Source: Podarcis erhardii (lineage: Eukaryota). Taken from it: 64,000 bases of DNA. A program made the position numbers and the translations under genes. Of this stretch, positions 27,701 through 39,011 are shown in pieces. Every line of letters begins with the position of its first letter. The first letter of the stretch is position 1. Below the pieces are notes generated by a model. The model was not told the origin of the DNA and did no database searches. It saw only the letters and a program-made list of their open reading frames with translations. The stretch lies in assembly GCA_964252035.1 (NCBI GenBank), contig OZ176200.1; one strand, 5' to 3'.

Positions 27701-30700
27701 TTGCAAAGAAGAGTGGGGAACAGGATAAATTATCTTGCAATGGAAAATGTGCACCAAATGAATACATGGGAGGATACTGTGCATTAAATATAAATGTACA
27801 GTATACTAGAAAGATCTCTAATTCTGGTGAACTGGAAGGATCCAATTCCATCGTCCTCTGTAATGGAACTTGCCATCTTTTCAAACACCTTTGAACTCTG
27901 CACTGAGGTGGGGCAGGGGGGGTGAGGTGAACAGAGAAATAATGGCTGGGGGAACGGCTACTGCCCACTTCCCCTACTGCTCCTCCATTCTAAATCGCTT
28001 CCCCTAGATAATCTCTGCTTTTTAAAAAATGATGGGAGCACTGTTAAACACGCTAGTGTGTAGCATGTAGGGAGTGTCATAGCCTTTCTGTCTAATTTGT
28101 CAGGGGTTGGTGGTAATTTTTAGAGCACACATCTCTGATTAAAAAGCAGAGATTTGGCAAATAGTTTTAAAAATATATTTTGAAAAGGCTAAGGGCAGTC
28201 TTGGGGGGAATGCCTTACACTTTTTTATATATAAAAGTAGGTAATAAATCAATGTTGACATTTTTTAAAAAAAGAGATTGCAATTTCTAAAATGCTTGCT
28301 TGTATTCCAGCTGAGTATAGCTAATATTGGTTATCTATTCCTTAGAGTCAACGTTTTTCAACATTTTATTTTAAAATCTGATGTGATTTTTCAATATTCT
28401 GCCACCTCTGTATACATTTAATAGGCCTTAAGACTTCTAGCTAGCACAGCCTACTTAGTTTGCCTTGATGGCTAGGCCTGCCTCTCTTGGACTACTTCAG
28501 ATTTTGTGACTGTTCTGTAATTGCAAATTGCTCCCAAGCGTTCATGGGGAAGGGCCGTAATTCAGTGGTAGAGCACCTCCTTTTATACAGAAGGTCTCGG
28601 GTTCAGTCCCAGGCGTCTCCAGGTAGGACTGGGAGAGATTCCCAGCCTGAAACTCTAGAGAGCTGCTGCTGCTGAACAGTGTAGAAAATGCTCAATTCAA
28701 TGAATCATTGTCAGGGTAAGGCAGCTTCTTACATTCCCCCTTGGAATGAGGAAGGATTTAATGGGGCAAGCTCTCCTTCTGGAGCAAGAGGGTTTCTCTA
28801 CCTATCTCCATTTCTTTCCCTTTTCAGCCACAGCTTCGTCATGGTCAAAGGAGCTGCTTTGCTCCTGCAGGAAGAAGAAAAGCTGGAGTCTGTGCAGGAA
28901 GGCCCAGCCACCCCCCTGGACCACAAGCCTAAGAGTGAGAATGCCGCAGCTGAACAACAGGAGCTGCACTTACAGCAAATGGTGGGGTTGATGCGGCCAG
29001 AAGACAGCATCCGGCTGGTGAGACTGTGAGGGCAGGGAGATACGGCAGAGTGTGGATGACAAGAGACAGGAAAGCAATTGGCCTGACCACAAAATGTGCC
29101 TCTTCGGATAAAGAGTCTGGAGCAGGCAGTTATGGAGTTCAGTGTTTTTACTGCCTTGTAAAAGAGCATGCTTGGGGCAGGGTCTTTGCCCTTTCCCCTC
29201 CTCCTGTTCTGGAATCAGCACGGTCTCCATTTCCACCCACTCAACCCTGCCAAGGCCCAACACTCAGGGCAAATTCCCTTCCCTGCCTGGCTCAGCATTG
29301 CTTACTATTGGAACAAAAAATATTCCAGCTTTCTGCTGCCAAGCCAGGCCAGTTTAAGGTTCATTCTGTTCATCAAATGATCTTATCTACCAGAGTTGAC
29401 CTTCTGTAGTAACACCCACAGATTACAATTAAAGCACATGGCTTCACCCACCCCAAAGAGCCCTGTAGGTTGGTGCTGTTTACTATAGGTCTGTGATTGG
29501 TAAACTATTTGTTTATTACTTATTAAATTTCTATACCACCCCCCATCCGAGGATCACAGAGTGATTTACAATATAAAAACACAAAAAATACACAGCACAG
29601 TAACAAACAAATACAATAACAACCTCATCACCACAGAGCATTTGTTTTATTTATTGCAGCTTCCATGGGAAGTTGTGACTATTAAGATGGTATAGCTGTG
29701 CTTTAAATGTATGTTAGTGGGATTCCTTTCCTTAATGGCATAAGTGCTTTCCTGCCCTCCTATCCAGAATCACCAGCTGTACCCAGTGTGCCTTGCTGCT
29801 GTCCTACAGGCCTGGTTAGGCAAGCCGTGCCACAAGAGACAACTGTTCTGAAATGAAAGAGGGCTATTTTCTGCAGACAATATTTCAGAAAAGGGAGGTG
29901 TGTGCCCTCAGGCTCCGGCCTAGTTCTAAGAGGCAGTAAACCTGTGTCTAGACAGTATCACTTCAGGCTGTGGGTGGGATTCACACGACTGAATCCTTCC
30001 ATCGTGGGATCGCACCTGAAGCCTGAAAGGGCACAAGTTTACTGCCTCAGTGAGAACGCCTTAGTGACCCAGATTTCTCCCAGGCTAGTTCAGCTGGTCT
30101 GTGGAGTGCACACCCGACTATTAACTCCTTCCTCTTGACCTTGATCTTCACCTTTCTCCTCCTCTTGGTGCGATTCTAGAATCTGTGTTGCCTGTTGCCT
30201 GGGAGTCCTGTGATAAACTGATTCCGCTTTGCCTTCCTGCTGCAAAACTCTGTGCTGGAGAGCCCTGGCTTCTGAGGGCCTCATTGTCCACGCTTCTGGA
30301 GGCTCAGAGCAGGGCGGCAAGGGATTCCTCTCCTTGAGGAATGTGGTTTTCAGGCAGACATTCAGCCGGGAGCTGCAGCCACTTCCCCATTTATGGCCTG
30401 CGGGGCTTTTGCTCTCTTGGGCAGACAGCCAGAGCTGGCGTCTCTGCCGAGTCTGATCCCGGCTTTGGCTTTGGGGACTCTGCTGGGAGATTTCCAAAGT
30501 AGCATGTGCTGGGTTTTCTTTCTTTTCTAGAGAGTGAGTCACAACAGCCTCCAAGTACCTGGGCAGCTCCTGAAGGCAGCGGTTCTCATGCTGCTTTCTG
30601 GTAGCTGCTGATGTTCTCGGGAGCTTAGCAGACGTGGCTCATTCGGAAGTTCAGTAGCAGCAGACAAGCTGCCCTAAAAGATAGCTTGCTCCCCACTGCG

Positions 30701-33700
30701 GATCTTCCCTTGCAGTGTGGAAAATGGAGAATTAAATAAATAAACGTGCATCTGTCCAGTATACTCTCAGTTCAAGCAAGTCAATACTGAGGTCTCATAT
30801 GCTTGTCTAGTGGTCCACAATAACACTCCCTGCTCCCTCTCTGTGTGTGTCTTCCTAGAACATGCCCCAAACCCCTTGGCAAAACTACTATGGCATTTGC
30901 CAATGTGGAAAGTGTGCAGAAAAATATGAAAAACACTCCCATAACACTTAGGTCCAGAGGCTCTTCCCTCTGATCCTACCACACGATGCCAAACTGCATT
31001 CACTTAATCTAGGGGTGGGGGGCCTTTTTCTGAAACTCCCATTCTATTTTCCTAATGATTTTGTGCTAAAAGCCTTGTATAATATGATTTTCAGTGGATG
31101 ATTTAATAGCTTTGAGAACCTCAGTGCCAGGGCTCTTGGGCTCAGAGATGAAAATGTGACGCACTTATTTCTGGATAAATGTAAATGGAGTTTCTCCTCA
31201 AAACCTTTTTTCTTGTACTGAAAAGTGCACAAATGACTACTGACAAGAAACAAGGGGCACTCCTTAGGCCTACTTGGATTATCCCAAGTTGCTATCTTAT
31301 GTTATTTCCACGCAAGTAACAATATGACACTTAGCTATGGCACTGGTCTCAGGAATCATGGAATATTTTTTCAGAAGTTGCTGGTGGTGCTAAACAAAGA
31401 ACTATCCCTGCATCTGCCAAATGCACCACCAACAGTTGTGGTGGAATCTTACTGTCATATGTGTGGAGGTGACACACACAAGGACAGTCTTGCAAGGACT
31501 GTATGTTTGTTTCCCTCCTCCAGGCTGTGAGGCTGGAGTCGGCTCGAGCTCACCGGATCCGGTACTTGCTGGTTGTGTCAGCAGCAGAGGTGGAGAGCAA
31601 GAATGAGATGGTGCTGCTGGGAGTTGACTTCCCTGAAGAAGGGTGAGAGGACAAGGGAAGGAGCAAGAAGATGCAGAAGGGGTGGGGCCCAGGCACTTCT
31701 AAGCTAGAAAGCTTCCAGCAGTCTATACTGTCCTGCCTTGTATCTTCTGTATGATGTCTTTCACCAAGGCTTGGACCAAAATGAGATACCCAATAAGGCT
31801 GCTATTCTTGACCCACTTGCCTGAGAATAGGCCCCATTTAATTATATAGGACTTTCGTTCTGAGTAGACATGACTAGGTTTGTGCTGGAAGTCTCTTAGA
31901 CTACAGGCTGATGCACACTACTTCCTTGAAAGTAAGCCCCATTGAACGCAGTGGATCTTACTTCTGAACAAACATGCATAGGGAACAGGCAACATTCTCT
32001 GCTTCAATAACCAAGGTTGTGTTCCAAATTACCATTAGCTGAAGGCAAGTTCCGCTGAAATTAATGGGGCATGCTTCCAAGAAAATGCACTTGGAAGAAC
32101 ACAGCCCCTTTTCTCTCTACATTATGTTTATTCAAAACCCTTATCAAAAGCATCTTTGCTTCAGAGTGCTTTCTTTCTGTCCTTCTCTGTCTGTGTGTAT
32201 CTAAACTCCTTAATGTATTTTACTCCCTGGTCGAACTGGTTTGGCAACCCTTCACCCAGTCTTTCCTCTCCACCCCATTCCCAATGTCTGTGCTCCAGAA
32301 GAACCTTTGTTTATGTATTCAGTAAGGGCACAGGCACTCGAGCATGCCGCAGGAAGATGTCCAAATCAAGGAGCTGAATGGAAGATAGCAGTGCAGTTCG
32401 CCAAGCACCTCTGTCACAGCTCTGGAATGCTTGCTTGGCTTTGCTATCAGTGATTTTTACAATGCTGATCAAGCTATTGAAAAAGCAGGTTAAGAGGCGA
32501 GTGCAGATGGGGTGAATGGGGAAGGTTTGTAGGACAAGCACAGGGACTATAACAGCGGTCAGCAAACTTCTTCAGCGGGGGGGGGGGGACCAGTCCACTG
32601 TCTCACACCTTGTGGGGGGCTGGACTATATTGGGGTGGTGGTGAACGAATTCCTATGCCCCACAAATAACCCAGAGATGCATTTTACTTATGTAAAAACA
32701 CACTGATTCCAGGACCATCCGCAAGCCGGTTTGAGAAGGCAATTGGGCCAGATCCAGCCCCTGGGCCTTAGTTTGCCTACCCATGGACTATAGTAACCAC
32801 TTCAGTAGCTACCTGATCTCTTCTCTCTTTGCCTCCCAGCTCGGCTGCCTGCACGCTGGGGATGGTGCTTCCGCTGTGGAGTGACACTCAGGTCTTCCTT
32901 GATGGCGATGGGTAAGAGACAGACCTAACCCCACCAGGCACCCACAATGCTCCATGTAATAGTAATCCTCATATAAGCTTTGTGCTTTGCAAACAAACTA
33001 GGATACTCAAACAGACTGAGATAGTGAGAGGCCATTTTTTTGGTGTGTGTTTATTTTTCTCCTCACCCAGTTTCACCAACACTGCCTGCTCTCTCATCTG
33101 ACTTGAAAATGGTCTCCACAGACTACAAAGCACTTACATCCTGAATAGCTACGGGAGGGTTTGGTTTTTTTGCTGTCTCTCCCTCCTGTATTAAGTGGAA
33201 ACCAACCATTCTTTACTGCATGGTCTCTTTTTCTTAAAAAGGCTCCTTGAGAGCCTGCCCCATGCTGTGTCTCATTTTATGGTTGTTGTTGTTAATAATA
33301 GCTATGTAGCACCAGTAATGTGCACAGCTTTATTTCAGTGAGTCATTCTTGTGTTTGGTTCCATGATGGAAGAGGACTAGGGTATGTGTGTTCATGCCAA
33401 ACTTTTCACAGGAAAGGTATGTTTTGAAGGAAATCCAAGAAGGTCTACTTCACACAGGTTTCCTGGAGAACAGTTCTAGGCATAAGGGGCAAAAGGGGGT
33501 AAAGGGCAGAGTCATCTGAGTTAGCAGGAGAGCTTCAGGCAGTTGAAGGTGGTTGAGCTTGAGGCACAAAGGCCTTGAGTGGCCATATTTTGGGATAAAA
33601 GAGCAAAGAGATGGACCCCTGGGCCTTAATTAGCCGTGTTTAGGGAAGTTTTTAATGTTTGATGTTTTATTCTGTTTTTAATTTGATGGGAGCCGCCCAG

Positions 33701-36700
33701 ATTGGCTGGGGAAACGCAGCCGGATGGGCGGGGTATAAATAAATTATGATGGTGATGATCATGATGATAACAAAATAAAAAAATTCCTTCCAGTAGTACC
33801 AGTAGCACCTTAGAGACCAGTAGCACCTTCAGATACATTGAGTGTATCTGCAGAAGTGTGCATGCACACAAAAGCTCATACCAATAACAAACTTAGTTGG
33901 TTTCTAAGGTGCTACTGGAAGAAAAAAATTTTATTTTGTTTCCACTACGGCAGATCAACACGGCTACCTACCTGTAACTAGATGATGATGATGGAGGGCT
34001 AACTAGGGTTTATACAATGTATTTTGGGGGTTCAGGCAAAAAAAATACATAAATCCAAATTGTACCTTCCAAAGAAAAAATAGATAAATAAAAAGCAGAC
34101 TCTTTGCCACCCTTCAGTGCCAATCTAAGTCTGCTGCCTGAGGCAATCCACCGCCCTGGCTAATGGTATGGCCAACTGTTCACAACCCACCGCAAGCTTA
34201 AGCCACTTAACTCTTCACTGGAGCATGCCCACAGACTTCATATTCACTGTGTCTGACCAGGATTTATTAAAGTCAGGGTTATGGGATCAAATCTGCCATG
34301 AATATTATGCACCGGTCACATTTCTCAGCAGGCAACTCAAAGAGAACTCCTTTGACTAGGGCCAGCCTGGATGTCCAACAGCCAGTCCTACTGACTGTGT
34401 TCCATCTTCAGTAGTGGCTGTATTGTAGGTCATTTTCAGGTGAACAAGGTTTTAGAAAGTATTTATCCTCACACCTCCCTTGCAAAATGTGCCTGTCCCA
34501 CAGTGATGCAGACCTAAGCACTACAATCCAGGGACACAGACCTAGGCTTTAACTGAAAACCTTCAACTTTGTAGTTAAAGCTTTAGCTTAGTGTTTCCCA
34601 AACTTGGGTCTCCAGCGGTTTTTAGACTACAGTTCCCATCGTCTCTGACCACTGGTCCTTCTAGGTAGGAATGATGGGAGTTGTAGTCCAAAAACAGTTG
34701 GCAACCCAAATTTGGGAAACACTGCTGTAGATTGTCATTCTCACAATTAGGACCTCACTGGAGCAAACAGAATAGCTATCAGTGCCAAGAGCTGTTACCC
34801 ATGGGTGTAGCCAGGATTTTTTTGGGGCGGCAGAACCAATGTGATTGGTCAGTTAAGTATTTCTATTGTTTTGCTTGATCTAGAGGGGAAGCTGCCCCCC
34901 TTGGCTATGCCCATGCTGTTGTTTCAGTCCCCACGCACCCCAGTCATGTTAGACAATGCATTTGCCATTTCAAAAAAACCAGAACTCCTCAAACAGGACA
35001 CTGGCCAGTCACTAAACCACAACTGCAAGCAATTAGACTTTCAGGTTTCCTTGTCCAGAAGGGAAATCAATAGCTCCCTGAAACTCCACACTAGTTTACA
35101 CTGCATAGTCAGGAAAGTCACAGGAGCATTCCAACAGCTGAAGGGCAAACCCACAATACAGGCCTCATTGTAATACCGCACATAAAATACAATTGTCTGT
35201 TTAACTTCCAGAGTTACACAGATATTGCTTTGCAACTTACTTTTCTGGCTCCCCGCCCCCTCCTGAGGAAAAGTAATCACAGACTAAATCAGTGGGGCCT
35301 GACAACTGGCCTGGTTTCAGTAGAGTTGTTAGAATTTTCCATATTTAACTTGTCCCCTGCAGAAAACTTTATGGTTAGAATGAGAGAAGAATAATTTATT
35401 TGCTAAGGCTGAGAATTTTTAGAAGGATTAAGCAGTGCAGATGAAGCGTACCTAAAATATTGACTTCAGCTGGCGCCATCCTTTCTAGAATGCGTAGATT
35501 AAGGTTGTTGCCATTGCACAAGGCAAGAAGCAACATCATCCTGACTTTTAGATCTCAAGAGCAGAAAAGGATCAGATTCTCTTTTTTGCTTACAAATGGA
35601 ACCTGGCACCATGGAAGATCTCAAACTAGTTTCACAACCGTGCCAAGTACTGCATTGTTATTTGCCTCTTTCCGTATATCTGCATCTCAGGTGGAGCATT
35701 CCCAAGTTACCACTGCTCTCCCCTTCTCTTTCCCCAGGGGCTTCAGTGTGACGTCTGGGGGGCAGACCCGTATCTTTAAGCCCATTTCAGTCCAGACCAT
35801 GTGGTAAGCAAGGTTGTCAGGTAGGGTGAAAAGTGCAAGGACATGTGTGGGAAAGGATGAATGTGGGGAACAAGGATATAGTTGCCACTCTTGCTTTTGG
35901 TAGGCTGGGAGAGGGGCATTATGGAGGCAAATGGGAAGAGAGATGTGCATTTCTCTGATGGCAGGGGTAGCCTTCAGAGGATTTTTTTAGTGCATCTCTG
36001 ATGTCTGATTGTCATCTCTGCTCTCAGGTCAGCGCTGCAAGTGCTGCACAAGGCATGCAGCGAAGCCATCTGCAACAACCATTTCCCAGGAGGCAGTGCG
36101 TTGAGCTGGACCGAGTGGTATCAGAAGGCTGTGAACTCTGAGCAGAGCTGCATTAATGAATGGCTAGCCATGTCCGACTTGGAATCTGTGCGGCCCACTT
36201 CTCCTGCAGCCTTCTCTGACCAGTCAGTGATGGCCCTTCCCCTCCTAGGGCTGGTTATAGGCTGTGAATGATGTAGTCAGCAGAGCTGCAGTGGTTCCAA
36301 GGTGGAACTCGATACCATGCAGTAGTCCAAAGCACAAACATTTCAGGTGGCCCTGCTAGCCAGTTTTAGGGACTACTGTGCAGAAAGTTCTTCTTCTGTA
36401 GGTCATGAAAGGGAAGGGTCCTTGGTTTTGTTTTTTTGTAATAATAAGGGAGGGAGGGAGATGCTGATCAGAGCAGAAGCCCACCCCCAGTTCAGGGTAC
36501 GTAGCATCACCTTTTGTGGTGCACTGGAGTGGAGTGGTTTGGGTACCAAACTAGTACTTGAGAGAGACCCAGGTTAACATTCTCACCCAGCCATTGAGTT
36601 CACAGGGTGATATTGGGTCAGTCAGAGCCTAACCTACCTCACAGCAACTTGTGAGGATAAAATTGAGGTGTGTGGGGGGAGTAATCCTTAAGGCCCCCCA

Positions 36701-38962
36701 GAGGAAGCTCAGGATATACATGCAATAAATGAACGAGCACATTTACAAATGCGTAAAAGCTATCTAGGGAAATGCAAAGCTTTGGCACGGTGTCAAGATT
36801 TGTAACCCTACTGCCAATGGGGGAGGGATGCTCTAGGCATGCCATGGTGTCTGGGGCAGAGTCTGGCGAGCCAAGAGCTTTGCCGACCCTCCGTCTCTGT
36901 GCCTCAGGCCGACAGCACAGGAGATGACAGAGCGGATGATCCGGGCCAAGCTGCGTGAGGTGATGGCCACCACTGACCTGGAGAACATCACCTCCAAGGA
37001 GGTGGGATGTTGGGCCAAGGGGGTGAGGGAGGAGGGGGCGGGGGAGAGAGAATGTGAGCGAATGGAGACGTGTGTGAGGGTGTGTGTGTGAGAGAGAGAG
37101 GGTATGGGAGCAAGGTATGTAAAACAGGGACTGGGAAGGGAATGTGGGAAAGCAGGGGTATGTATAGGGGTTGGAGTGATGGGTGAGGGACAGGGAATGG
37201 GCGTGTCATTAAAAAGCAGCCAGGCTCAAAAGCGACCACAGGCACCCACAAGCTCCCTCCCTCTCTTCCTGCAGATCCGTACAGAACTGGAGCGGAGAGC
37301 CGGTCGGAGCCTGAACGACTATAAGGAGTTTATTGACAATGAAATGCTTCTCATTATGGCTCAGATGGATCGGCCCTCCAGGATTTTTGATTATCTCTAC
37401 TTGGTGAGGAAGTACAGGAGAGGGATCCATGATGCCAGCAGACTGGAGCTCCAAGCCCCTAAAAATGGCAGTCCCTCCTCTCAACTTAAGAGTCCTCAAA
37501 ATTCTTTCCTGGAATGGCAGGAAGATGGAAGCCTTGCTGTTATTTTGAGGCCTCCAGGCTTTGCCTTCCCTTCCACCATAAGAGGAAGCAAAGCCCCCTG
37601 TAAAGCCTCTCCCTTATACTACCTACAGGGCCTTCTTGAGAGATAGCATAGGGCAGCAGATTTATATTCTTTACTTCATACAAAGTTGAAGATCACAGCA
37701 AGGAGCTAAGGCTGCAATCCTAAACGTATGGTTTGCACTGAAAAGGCTCCATCTTTGGTGGCCATCAGTCTAGCCTCAACAGGTGGTGGAACGTACAGAA
37801 CAGCCTTGGAAGCTGACCTAAGAAACTGGACAGGTGCTATTAAATTAGTATACCACCCTATACCTGTAGGTCTCAGGGCGGTTCACAGTTGCTCCCTCAC
37901 ATAAAAATCACAACCAAGCACATCAGAAAGATGACTCTCTGCTGTCTTTCTACATGCTGGCAATTTTTCCTGTTGGGTGCATATTCAAAACCTCAGTTCC
38001 TTCACCTGCCCAGTCTGCAATGGTATAAGCTAGGAGGGACTCTACCACATGATTTGGATAAACGTATTCGGTTTTGCGTATTTAATGAGCAATTGCAGGA
38101 TGGCTGAATGTTTGTGAACTATTTGCACTCGCCTGGGACTGAGCTCTGTGCATGGTGTTGTTCCTTTTTGTCCCAGGGATCTGAATGGAATGCAGCCAAC
38201 TTTGAGGAGCTTCAAAGGAACAGGTATGTCACCAAAAGATGCTGCTCAGAGAGCAAGAGTAGTACCTTCGGGAACTTCATCTGATCTGGATTCCTTGGAC
38301 ACTGAGATGACCATTTGCCACACCTCTCCATGTAAACTTGCCTTCTAGTCAGAAGGGATTTCTACTATGCATTCCAACCCGACTCTGAGATACTGAGCAA
38401 CTGCAGTGGGGGATGTTTAGGAAATGGGACATGGTTTAGTTAGTTGTGGCCATGCTTAAAACATGGTGAAAAAGAGCTGCTCACATTCTTGATTACTCCT
38501 TGCCTTGCCTTACAGGGTCAGCCACATCCTTAATGTCACCCGTGAGATCGACAACTTCTTCCCAGAGCACTTTACGTACATGAATGTCCGGCTCTACGAT
38601 GAGGAAACCTCACAGCTGCTGCCACACTGGAAGGAAACCTACAACTTCATTTCAGCTGCCTGGTGAGAAGTGGACACCAAGATGGTAGCTGTGATTTCAG
38701 CTGCAGCACTCGTGTATTGCAAGCTAGGCTTACCAACATGGTCCCCAGCTAGTCAACGGGATTGCAGGCACAGAAATGGGCTTTTCAGTGGGAATCCAAG
38801 GGCTGAGGTAGAAGAGAAGGGCTCTTGCCACAAAAAGCCCCCACCTCCCTGAATGAAATGTCAGCTGTTGTTTGAGAGGGCCTGTGATACCAGGTAGGAC
38901 TGTCAACCCATTCTCTCCTTTCACCCCAGAATATTTTGTAGGTGAGAATTTGGCACAGCCCT

Positions 38963-39011
<49 letters not shown>

